Positions 20,294 to 28,780 of a DNA stretch of 62,841 bases are shown here, piece after piece. This stretch comes from Candidatus Avelusimicrobium gallicola. GTDB lineage: Bacteria > Elusimicrobiota > Elusimicrobia > Elusimicrobiales > UBA9959. Numbering within the stretch: position 1 is the first letter of the stretch; each line of letters starts with the position of its first letter. The stretch is from NCBI GenBank assembly GCA_020722185.1, contig DYLH01000007.1:1-62841 (forward strand), in the 5' to 3' direction. A model generated the notes under the pieces. That model saw only the letters and a program-made list of their open reading frames with translations, made no database searches and was not told the DNA's origin. A program made the translations under genes and the position numbers.

Positions 20294-20321
20294 ATTCTAA
20301 CAAATTGAAAAAAAAAAACAA
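20294..20321 (-). promoter_or_regulatory. Sigma70-type promoter of the gua/pur operon
   Basis: TTGTTT-16-TAGAAT with an extended TG; predicted +1 at about 20287. Confidence 0.55.
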
Positions 20322-20349
20322 AATTTTCAAAATTACATATAATAGCTAT

Positions 20350-21255
20350 ATGGGGAAAATAGAGCCCGTAATACATATTACTACAGCCTGCAATCATAGG
20401 TGTATATTTTGTTCAAGAAAATATAACCCGCCTGATCCGCCTGAGGCGCCAGATGAAGTGAACATGATACTTGAAGAATTCAAAGACACCATAACAATAG
20501 AAGGCGGAGAACCGACTCTTTCAAAAGAGCTGCCCATACTTTCTGCCAGAGCTAAAAAAGCCGGTATAAGAGAAGTTATGCTTGTCACCAATGGCTATTC
20601 TCTTGATGAACCAGAAAACATAAAAAAACTGCTTTCAGCAGGCATTGATATTTTCAATTTTAATTTCCCATCCCATATTGAGAAACTTTACAATACTTTA
20701 AGCGGATCAAAAAATTATCATAAAACAGTTTCCGCAATAAAAAACTGCATAAAAAATGCCGGGCCACAAAAAACAAGGTTGACAATGGTATTAAACTCCC
20801 TAAACTACAAGTACTTAAAAGGATATGCGCATTTTATAAAAAGGGAATTCGGCCAAATATTTTATGCTGAAATCAATATGATAAAACTGCTGGGCTCTGT
20901 AAGAAAAAGAATCTGGCTAATACCCCGACTTAAAGATATCGCACAATACTTAAAGGAAGGATTTTCTGAATTTGACAAATTGGGAATAAATTTTATTTCT
21001 GATGGGATACCGCTTTGTTTTATGAATGGATTTGAGCATAAAAATATAGATGCGTATATGTCTATCAAAGGCGGGTGTTTTTCAACTTCTGAAAAATCTC
21101 ATTTCAAGCCATGTTTATCGTGTAAAATTAAAAGTGTATGTCCTGGTCCCAGAAAAGACTATGTCTCTATTTTTGGATTTAATGAGCTGAAACCAGTTTC
21201 CAATCCACGCGCAAAGGAATTGATACTGAAAAGGATAAAAAGTGAAAGTAAATAA
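20350..21255 (+). CDS. Radical SAM protein with a Cys-rich C-terminal (SPASM/twitch-like) extension
   Basis: CNHRCIFC (CxxxCxxC), GGEPTL, VTNG; C-terminal CF...CLSCKIKSVCPG; start refined to ATG 20350. Confidence 0.88.
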   Translation: MGKIEPVIHITTACNHRCIFCSRKYNPPDPPEAPDEVNMILEEFKDTITIEGGEPTLSKELPILSARAKKAGIREVMLVTNGYSLDEPENIKKLLSAGIDIFNFNFPSHIEKLYNTLSGSKNYHKTVSAIKNCIKNAGPQKTRLTMVLNSLNYKYLKGYAHFIKREFGQIFYAEINMIKLLGSVRKRIWLIPRLKDIAQYLKEGFSEFDKLGINFISDGIPLCFMNGFEHKNIDAYMSIKGGCFSTSEKSHFKPCLSCKIKSVCPGPRKDYVSIFGFNELKPVSNPRAKELILKRIKSESK

Positions 21256-21277
21256 CAAAGATTGATATAATTTACAT

Positions 21278-22948
21278 ATGGCAAAGATGTATCCTTCGGG
21301 AAATTTGAATTTCATAAACAATAGCGAAAAGGAGTTCTACACTCTGCTAAAAGAACATCCTGACACAAAAGAATGGACAGTGTTTTATTCTCATCGTATG
21401 GTCTCAACCAAGTATATAAATGAAGTAGATTTTTTAGTTCTCATCAAGGATTTGGGCATATCCCTTATAGAATTAAAAGCGAATAACCCCATATCAATAT
21501 CCCCAGACACTTTTAAATACAACTATATGGGCAGGATTGAGGAAAAAGAAAATCCATTTAGAAAAATTAAAAATCTCGTAAGCCAATTTAAAACCGTACT
21601 CAAATCTCAAGGAAAAGATTTAGAAAAGATTTTTGTATCTCACATAATAATTTTCCCTGAATATAATGGACTATTTGATAGGAAAATATGCTTTTCAGAC
21701 AGCGCGGATAACTACATCACGGCCTTGACAGAAAAAGAGAAAATTCCTTCTCAAATACTGAACCTTCACCGAAGGCAAAGCCAGAGTGTAAGGAGAATGG
21801 AAGCCGCAAAAGATGTCAATGAAATAAATGGAATACTTACAAAAGTGGAGGAAATACTAAAACACGAAATAGATTTAGACGAGAACGCTCTTCTCATACA
21901 GTTTGAAAAAGAGAATAAATCCAATCTTATCCAAAGCATGCTTAGCCGATGGTTCATGATTGAAAACCTTAAAAAAGCTATTCTCGTAGGTCCAGCGGGA
22001 TCGGGCAAAACTTTTAGCTGTATTCAACAAATGATCAAAAAAAGAAAAGAAAAAAAGACAATAGCCTATTTCTGTCATGGAGCGCTGCTGGCCAGAAAAC
22101 TTTCAAAGGAATTCAGGGAAGTTGACAATGTGGAGATATTTGAATTGAGGGATTTTTTATGCAAAAAACTTAAAAAATCACCCGATGAAAAGATTCCCAT
22201 TCAAGGTCTAATAAAGGATATGATTAATTTAAATCCAAGACCTAAATATGATTTAATAGTGGCAGATGAAGGAGAATTTTATCTCTCAAATGACTTTTTA
22301 TCTCTCTCAAACAAACTTCTTAAAGGTGGTCTCAAAGATGGATTTTTCTGGGCAGCTTTTGATGAATGCATCCTAGAAAGAGAACAAATCTCCGCAATAG
22401 ATAAAGCCTTGGACAATTTTGAATTAAGCGGATTAAAAATTAAATTGTCTGTCAATTACAGAAATTCTTTCGATATGTCTTCTCTTTTTTCCTCTTTTTG
22501 TGGTGATAAACTTTACGAAAAAAGCGAAGTTTCCAATCTTTCTCAAATAACTTCCATTTTTTACAGCGATTCTCAAGAGGCCTCTATTTCAGCAACTCTT
22601 GAAGCTCTCCTTACAAAATACAGGCCATCTGAAATAACCTTCTTAAGCCCCAAACATCTCGAAGAATCCTTTGCCGGGAAACTTCGCAGAGAAAATAGAA
22701 GCTGGGGCAAAAAAATGTCACAGTTAAGCCACCCTCAAGAAGGTTTTTTCAATTATGGAGACCCTGACTCTTTTAGCGGAATGGAGAGCAGAGTGGTAAT
22801 AATCACAGATCTTGACGAAGACTTTTTTTCAAATCCTAGGGCCGGGAAAATTTTGTACAAAATGGCTTCATCTTCTTTATTTAAGCTTGTTTTCCTTGTA
22901 CATGAAAAAGCCAGAGATACTTTTAAACAATATCTGACGAGGGACTAA
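21278..22948 (+). CDS. NERD nuclease domain fused to an SF1 (UvrD-like) helicase domain
   Basis: N-terminal EVDFLVL...IELKA PD-(D/E)xK core; GPAGSGKT, ADE, NYRNS, SFSGME motifs. Confidence 0.8.
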   Translation: MAKMYPSGNLNFINNSEKEFYTLLKEHPDTKEWTVFYSHRMVSTKYINEVDFLVLIKDLGISLIELKANNPISISPDTFKYNYMGRIEEKENPFRKIKNLVSQFKTVLKSQGKDLEKIFVSHIIIFPEYNGLFDRKICFSDSADNYITALTEKEKIPSQILNLHRRQSQSVRRMEAAKDVNEINGILTKVEEILKHEIDLDENALLIQFEKENKSNLIQSMLSRWFMIENLKKAILVGPAGSGKTFSCIQQMIKKRKEKKTIAYFCHGALLARKLSKEFREVDNVEIFELRDFLCKKLKKSPDEKIPIQGLIKDMINLNPRPKYDLIVADEGEFYLSNDFLSLSNKLLKGGLKDGFFWAAFDECILEREQISAIDKALDNFELSGLKIKLSVNYRNSFDMSSLFSSFCGDKLYEKSEVSNLSQITSIFYSDSQEASISATLEALLTKYRPSEITFLSPKHLEESFAGKLRRENRSWGKKMSQLSHPQEGFFNYGDPDSFSGMESRVVIITDLDEDFFSNPRAGKILYKMASSSLFKLVFLVHEKARDTFKQYLTRD

Positions 22949-22949
22949 A

Positions 22950-23408
22950 ATGCAGTCTTTCAAACCAAATATGGGAACTGGGAACAATGGTTACACGACT
23001 CTTTTCTCATCCCGCGTCCCTAAAACAGATTTAAGAATAGTTCTAAACGCTTTTATAGACGAAATACAGGCCATTCTTGCTGTGGCAAGATCTAAGAAAA
23101 AGAATCAAAAAATAAAAAAGATTCAGCAAGATTTAATCAGAGTTTCCGCCTTTATAGCGGGATATGTAAAGGGAACTGAAATAAACAAGTTGCATGAAGA
23201 TTTAAAAAAAGAAATTAAAAAAGAGTCCAGTGGATATAATTTGAAGGAATTCATTATTTTTGGAGATAATGAGAATAGCGCTATCCTCAATCTCGCAAGA
23301 GTAAAAACAAGGCTGGCGGAATTGCTGGCGTGGAAACTCAAAAACAAACCCGCAGCAATATATCTAAACAGATTGTCAGACTATATATTTCTCATTTCCG
23401 TAAAATGA
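22950..23408 (+). CDS. PduO-type cob(I)alamin adenosyltransferase-like protein (divergent)
   Basis: GTGNNGYTTL..RVPK, IDE, YLNRLSDYIF. Confidence 0.7.
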   Translation: MQSFKPNMGTGNNGYTTLFSSRVPKTDLRIVLNAFIDEIQAILAVARSKKKNQKIKKIQQDLIRVSAFIAGYVKGTEINKLHEDLKKEIKKESSGYNLKEFIIFGDNENSAILNLARVKTRLAELLAWKLKNKPAAIYLNRLSDYIFLISVK

Positions 23409-23504
23409 TTAGGTTTTTTAGTGGTTTGTTTTTTTAAGCTTTTACTCTCAGAGTTTTTGCACTTATGCTCTTGTGCACTTTTGCCCTGTATATTTCATTG
23501 CCAC

Positions 23505-23855
23505 CTAGAATATTGCTAAAGTGGCAGCTATCAAGGCAAGCAATCCGATGCCAAATGGCCAATCCCTTTTTAGCCAGTTTTTATCTTCTTGTTTATCCCT
23601 TTCGCTTGTGAATGGATTGGTAGTTTTAACTATTTCATACTCTTTCTCTATCTCTTTTTCAGTATTTTCTTTTACAATTTCATAATTTTCTTTGGTATAT
23701 GATTCAAGAGTCTTAAAACCAGTACTTTTCCCGGAAGAATTGACTGAAATATCATTTGATATTTTGAATTCTTCTTGTTTAATCAGTTCTTTAGAGCAAG
23801 ACAATAAGAAAATCGACAAGAGTAATATCGAAAAACGACTTATAATTTTACCCAT
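23505..23855 (-). CDS. Lipoprotein with a C-terminal transmembrane helix
   Basis: True start ATG 23855 (MGKIISRF...); lipobox FLLSC; C-terminal WPFGIGLLALIAATLAIF. Confidence 0.7.
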   Translation of the reverse strand: MGKIISRFSILLLSIFLLSCSKELIKQEEFKISNDISVNSSGKSTGFKTLESYTKENYEIVKENTEKEIEKEYEIVKTTNPFTSERDKQEDKNWLKRDWPFGIGLLALIAATLAIF

Positions 23856-23909
23856 GAATAAATTATAGCGAATTTTTTTAACATTAATCAGTTTTTTTGC
23901 TATAATTAG

Positions 23910-24005
23910 GCTTACAGGGGAGCTTGGAATGGTCCAAGCTGAGATAGCGGGTTCGTCCCGCTGTACCCTTAGAACCTGAACCGGATAATGCCGGCGGAGG
24001 GAGAA
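23910..24005 (+). ncRNA. TPP riboswitch
   Basis: CAGGGGAGC...GCTGAGA...ACCCTTAGAACCTGAACCGGATAATGCCGGCGGAGGGA matches the THI-box; TGcTATAAT promoter at 23898-23906; upstream of thiC. Confidence 0.97.
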
Positions 24006-24092
24006 TGCAGAAGACAGATAAAAATCCCACAAGAAAATACACAAAAGTCACTTCCAATCTTTGCCATTTTCCCTTCATTATTGGAGGCGAAA

Positions 24093-25334
24093 ATGTTAGT
24101 ATCAGAAAAAGAGTTAAAACTAATATCAGAGAAAGAAGAAGTCCCGTCCGATTTAATTAAAAAGGAAATATCTTGCGGAAGGGCTGTTTTATTGCGCAAT
24201 AAAAAAAGAAAAATAAATCCGATAATAGTCGGTAGAAAATTTAAGTGTAAGATAAATGTCAATATAGGCATATCCCCTGAAAGCAAAAGTCTAAAAAAAG
24301 AGCTTAAAAAAATGTATGCCGCAATTGAATGTGGTGCGAATGTTTTAATGGATTTGTCAACTGGCTCAGATGCATTTAGGACGCGCTCAATTCTGCTTAA
24401 AAACTCAAACCTGCCTCTTGGCACAGTGCCAATTTACTCAATGCCTCAGATAAATGGCCGTATTCAGCTTTCCAAATCAGCAATTCTTGATGAAATAGAA
24501 AAACAAGCAGAGCAAGGGGTGGACTTTATGACTCTTCACTGCGGCATTCTTTCAAGACATCTACCTCTTGCAAAAAAAAGGATTGTAGGGATAGTATCTC
24601 GAGGAGGCGCGTTAATAGCTAAGTATATGTCTGAAACAGGCAAAGAAAATCCTTTCTATGAATATTTTGACGAGATATTGCCGGTATTAAAAAAATACTC
24701 GGTAACTATAAGCCTCGGCGATGGGTTAAGGCCCGGGGCATGCCACGACGCTAGCGATGCAGCGCAGTATGCGGAGCTTTCTGTTTTAGGAGAATTAAAA
24801 AAAAGATGCCTTTCCTCCGGGGTAGGATTTATGATAGAAGGGCCCGGTCATGTGCCTATGAATTTGATAAAAGAAAATGTTTTAAGAGCAGAAAAAGAAA
24901 CAGACAAAGCTCCATTGTATTTTCTTGGGCCTCTTGTGCTGGACAATGCTATGGGGAGAGATCATATAGCGGCGGCCATAGGCGCAACTATGGCGGGTTT
25001 TTATGGAGTATCACTTCTTTGCGTTGTAACTCCCGCAGAGCATATCGGTTTGCCTGATATAGAGGATATACGGGAGGGGACATGCGTTTTTAGAATAGCA
25101 GCCGAAAGTGTAAATCTGGCCAGAGGATTTAATCAAGAGAAAATGACATCTATTGAAATCTCCAAAGCTAGAGTAGCTTTTGATTGGCAGAAACAATTTT
25201 CACTTGCCATTGATGGTAGGCTCGCTAAAGAAAAATACCAAAAACTCAATAGGAAAAAGAGAAATTATTGTTCAATGTGTGGAAAAGATTTTTGCGCAAT
25301 GAAAAAATTCAAAGATTGCATAGAGGTTTTATGA
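24093..25334 (+). CDS. thiC: Phosphomethylpyrimidine synthase
   Basis: INVNIG, MDLSTG, VDFMTLH, SRGG, LGDGLRPG, EGPGH, CSMCGKDFC; start refined to 24093 after GGAGG. Confidence 0.96.
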   Translation: MLVSEKELKLISEKEEVPSDLIKKEISCGRAVLLRNKKRKINPIIVGRKFKCKINVNIGISPESKSLKKELKKMYAAIECGANVLMDLSTGSDAFRTRSILLKNSNLPLGTVPIYSMPQINGRIQLSKSAILDEIEKQAEQGVDFMTLHCGILSRHLPLAKKRIVGIVSRGGALIAKYMSETGKENPFYEYFDEILPVLKKYSVTISLGDGLRPGACHDASDAAQYAELSVLGELKKRCLSSGVGFMIEGPGHVPMNLIKENVLRAEKETDKAPLYFLGPLVLDNAMGRDHIAAAIGATMAGFYGVSLLCVVTPAEHIGLPDIEDIREGTCVFRIAAESVNLARGFNQEKMTSIEISKARVAFDWQKQFSLAIDGRLAKEKYQKLNRKKRNYCSMCGKDFCAMKKFKDCIEVL

Positions 25335-26140
25335 AAAAAATAGTCACAGCTTTGACTATAGCCGGATCTGACACTTCTGGCGGCGCGGGAATACAGGCAG
25401 ATTTGAAAGTATTTGAGGAGTTTGAGGTATATGGGATGAGTGTTATCACAGCTCTCACGGCTCAAAACACCCTTTCTGTCTCTTCAATAATGCCAGTAAA
25501 GAAAACTTTTTTTCGCCTTCAACTTGAAACCTTGCTTTCAGACATTAAACCAGACGCTTTGAAAACAGGAATGATCTATTCCTCTTTTATGGCAGAAGAG
25601 ATTAAATATGCCTTTGATAGGTATCGCCTTAAAAATCTGGTCTGCGATCCGGTAATGCTTTCAAAATCAGGTTCAAGTTTATCCCCTAAAGCTTGCGCAA
25701 AAAAAGTTATTGAAAAAATTTTTCCCCTATGTGAAATTGTCACTCCCAATATACCCGAAGCTGAATTCATATGCAAAATGAAAATAAGAACTGAAAAAGA
25801 CATAATCTCAGCCTGCCATTTAATTTTAGATACCGGAGCAAGATCTGTATTGATTAAAGGCGGACATGGGAGAGGAGATATTGTAAAAGATTATTATTGC
25901 GAAAATGGCAAGTTTAAAATATTTGAAAGAAAGAGAATAAAAACAAAAAACACTCATGGTACCGGGTGTTCTCTCTCAGCCGCAATAACATCATTGCTTG
26001 CTTACGGCAAAAATAAAATAGAAGCTGTCTCTATGGCCATTGACTACATAGATGGCGCAATAAAGAATTCTTTTTCATTGGGGGCTGGGTGCGGGCCACT
26101 CAATCATTTCTATAGGAGAACAAATGAGCCAAAAGTATGA
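25331..26140 (+). CDS. thiD: HMP/HMP-P kinase
   Basis: GSDTSGGAGIQADLK, KTGM, DPVM, TPNIPEAE, KGGH, THGTGC. Confidence 0.96.
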   Translation: MKKIVTALTIAGSDTSGGAGIQADLKVFEEFEVYGMSVITALTAQNTLSVSSIMPVKKTFFRLQLETLLSDIKPDALKTGMIYSSFMAEEIKYAFDRYRLKNLVCDPVMLSKSGSSLSPKACAKKVIEKIFPLCEIVTPNIPEAEFICKMKIRTEKDIISACHLILDTGARSVLIKGGHGRGDIVKDYYCENGKFKIFERKRIKTKNTHGTGCSLSAAITSLLAYGKNKIEAVSMAIDYIDGAIKNSFSLGAGCGPLNHFYRRTNEPKV

Positions 26141-26738
26141 TTTCAAAAATAAGCTTTATCTGATAACAGATGAAATCCTTTTACCAAGAAAGATTTTCTT
26201 AAGTAGAATAAAACAGGCTTGCAAAGCCGGGATAGACCTCATACAGATAAGAGAAAAGAAAAGCGATCATTATGACAGGCTTGAAATATGCCGCGAGACT
26301 GTGAAGCTGGCACATAGTTTTGGCGCCAAAATTATAATAAATGACGATCCCTTGCTTGCCGCGGCATGTGGGGCCGATGGCGTTCATATAGGAAAATATG
26401 ATGTAGGCATTAAAGAGGCAAGGGATATACTTGGACAAAAAGCTATGATAGGAGTTTCCTGTTATGGTGATGTGGAACTCGCGCAAAGAATGCAAAAAAG
26501 CGGTGCCGATTATGTGTCCTTTGGCAATTTCTTTCTTTCGCCAACCAAGCCTCTTGAAAAAATAGTTCCTCTTGATATTATTTCACAAGCTAAAAGAAAA
26601 CTCAAAATCCCGGTACTCGCCATAGGTGGCATAAATGAAAAAAACTTTACTCAACTTATTGAAAAAGGCGCTGACGGAGTATGCTGTGTCTCAGCGCTTC
26701 TAAAAACCAAAGAAATAAAAAAATGGAGGATAAAATGA
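26124..26738 (+). CDS. thiE: Thiamine-phosphate synthase
   Basis: LYLITD, QIREK, IINDD, DGVHIG, GVSC, PTK, AIGGI. Confidence 0.93.
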   Translation: MSQKYDFKNKLYLITDEILLPRKIFLSRIKQACKAGIDLIQIREKKSDHYDRLEICRETVKLAHSFGAKIIINDDPLLAAACGADGVHIGKYDVGIKEARDILGQKAMIGVSCYGDVELAQRMQKSGADYVSFGNFFLSPTKPLEKIVPLDIISQAKRKLKIPVLAIGGINEKNFTQLIEKGADGVCCVSALLKTKEIKKWRIK

Positions 26739-27802
26739 GTACAGAAATGCTTGATAAAATGCCCGCTCTTGGGAAAATTACACCAGAGGTATTTGACAGC
26801 GTGATATACCCAAATCTTGGCGCGCCAAATCCAGGCCTGATAGTGGGGCCAAAACATGGAGTAGATTGCGCCATAATAGACACTGGCGCAGATAATGTAA
26901 TGGCTATGACATGCGATCCTTTTTATATAGTGCCTCAATATGGTTTTGACAAAGCCGCCTGGTTTGCCTTTCACATATTGGCCAGCGATATCTCTACCAC
27001 AGGCCTTGCCCCATCTTACATATCTGTAGATTTAAATTTGCCTCCTTCCATAAAGGATGCAGAATTCAGGATTATGTGGGAAAGCTTTTCCAATGAATGT
27101 AAGAAATATTCTGTGAACATTGCTTGCGGCCACACTGCAAAATATTCTGGTTGCGATTATCCTATGGTAGGTGGAGCTTTTATGTGCGCTTTGGGCAAAA
27201 AAGGATCCTATGTAACTCCAACTATGGCAAAAGAAGGCGATTTATTGATAATCACCAAGGGCGCAGCTGTGGAGGCCTCTGCTCTTATGGGAGCAACTTT
27301 TCCTGAAAAAATAAAAAAAGCTTTTGGCGCAAATTTTGCCAGAGAATGTGAAAAAATGTTTTATCAAATGAGTGTACTTGAAGATGCCCTGACAGCTGCA
27401 TCGTATGGTATTGGCGATAAAGGCGTAACATCGATGCATGACGCAACCGAATGCGGTGTTTATGGCGGCATTTTTGAGGTGGCCAGAGCTTCCAATAAGG
27501 GTGTTAAGTTGTACAAAGAAAAAATTTATGTGGATGAAAAAACAAAGAAGATATGCGAACATTTTGGCATGGATCCTTACTCATCAATAAGCGAGGGAAC
27601 TCTCATCATTACAGCCAGAGAGAAACACGCGGATAAAATAGTGAAACGTCTTGAAGAAAAAGGCATTGGCGCATATATTTGCGGAGAGATAAAAGCCAGA
27701 TCTTATGGAATGGTTCTCAGTGAAAACAACAAGGAAAGCGAGCTCAAACATCCTCTCATAGATCCATTTTGGTCAGCTTTTGACAGAGCCTTGAAAGGAT
27801 AG
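26735..27802 (+). CDS. AIR synthase (PurM/HypE/ThiL/SelD) superfamily protein
   Basis: GKI..., GVDCAII, TCDPF, SDI, GHT, MHDATECGVYG, SISEGTL; GGAGG SD; overlaps the thiE stop. Confidence 0.8.
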   Translation: MSTEMLDKMPALGKITPEVFDSVIYPNLGAPNPGLIVGPKHGVDCAIIDTGADNVMAMTCDPFYIVPQYGFDKAAWFAFHILASDISTTGLAPSYISVDLNLPPSIKDAEFRIMWESFSNECKKYSVNIACGHTAKYSGCDYPMVGGAFMCALGKKGSYVTPTMAKEGDLLIITKGAAVEASALMGATFPEKIKKAFGANFARECEKMFYQMSVLEDALTAASYGIGDKGVTSMHDATECGVYGGIFEVARASNKGVKLYKEKIYVDEKTKKICEHFGMDPYSSISEGTLIITAREKHADKIVKRLEEKGIGAYICGEIKARSYGMVLSENNKESELKHPLIDPFWSAFDRALKG

Positions 27803-28780
27803 ATTCCTGTGGGATTTTAAGATTTTTTTCACTACAAGAGGGCCTTCATATATAATTGAGGTGTAAATCTCTGCCAAATTTGCGCCATATTTTAACCTTT
27901 CATTTAGATCATCTTCGCTGAATATTCCACCCGAGGATATGATGGGTATTTCTTTTGATATTTCTCTTATTTCTTTCAGCCTTTCCATAGCCAGCATATT
28001 CAAAGGTCTGCCGCTTAATCCGCCTTTTTGACTATATCCCGCTTTTTCTGCCGGCAAGGTATTGGAAGCTATTAGCCCCATTTGATATTTCAGGCATATT
28101 TTTACAACATTAACTAGATCTGAATTCTCTATATCTGGCGCAATCTTAATAAGCATGGGCTTTAAACTATCTTGATTTTTCAATCTAGAAATTATTTTTT
28201 CAAGGTAGTTTATATCATGCAATTTCCTTAAATCCTTTATATTTGGACAACTTATGTTTATTATAAAAAAATCGCCATATTGACGAAGTATCCTGAAACA
28301 ATCAGCATAATTTTCTGCGGCATTTTCAAGAGGGCAATCAGTGTTTTTACCTATATTTATTCCAAGAGGTATCGAAGGTTTGCCATTACTAGCTATATTT
28401 TCTGCTACTTTTTTTGCGCCTTTATTGTTAAAGCCCATTCTATTTACAATAGCCATATTCTCAGGAAATCTAAAAAGCCTTGGTCTTTCATTTCCGGGCT
28501 GAGGCATAAAGGTCACTGTGCCAATTTCTATAAAACCAAAGCCAAGATATTGCATAACATTGTAGAGTTCTGCATTTTTGTCAAAGCCAGAGGCTAAGCC
28601 CAGAGGATTTTTAAATTTAAGCCCCATAAATTCTTTTTCTTTAACAAAATTTCCGCAGAAAGAGAAAATTTTTTCTTTGAAAGGCAGAATAGAAGTTGTT
28701 CTTATCGCAAAAGATACCAGTTCATGCGCTTTCTCAGGATCTAACTTAAAAAGAATTGGCCTTATTAAATGCTTATACAT
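27773..28780 (-). CDS. pyrD: Quinone-dependent (class 2) dihydroorotate dehydrogenase
   Basis: LDPEKAHE, NPLGLASGFDK, NRMGFNN, NIGKN, NISCPN, KIAPD, GGLSG. Confidence 0.94.
   Translation of the reverse strand: MYKHLIRPILFKLDPEKAHELVSFAIRTTSILPFKEKIFSFCGNFVKEKEFMGLKFKNPLGLASGFDKNAELYNVMQYLGFGFIEIGTVTFMPQPGNERPRLFRFPENMAIVNRMGFNNKGAKKVAENIASNGKPSIPLGINIGKNTDCPLENAAENYADCFRILRQYGDFFIINISCPNIKDLRKLHDINYLEKIISRLKNQDSLKPMLIKIAPDIENSDLVNVVKICLKYQMGLIASNTLPAEKAGYSQKGGLSGRPLNMLAMERLKEIREISKEIPIISSGGIFSEDDLNERLKYGANLAEIYTSIIYEGPLVVKKILKSHRNLSFQGSVKS

Noticed and set aside
23856-24092. N-terminal extensions of ORFs 23505-24044 (-) and 23988-25334 (+), and ORF 23969-24424
   Set aside because: They run through the TPP riboswitch and promoters; better starts exist at 23855 and 24093.
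24093-25334. ThiC homologue as BzaA/B/F (benzimidazole synthesis), given the nearby PduO-like gene
   Set aside because: It is controlled by a TPP riboswitch and followed by thiD and thiE.
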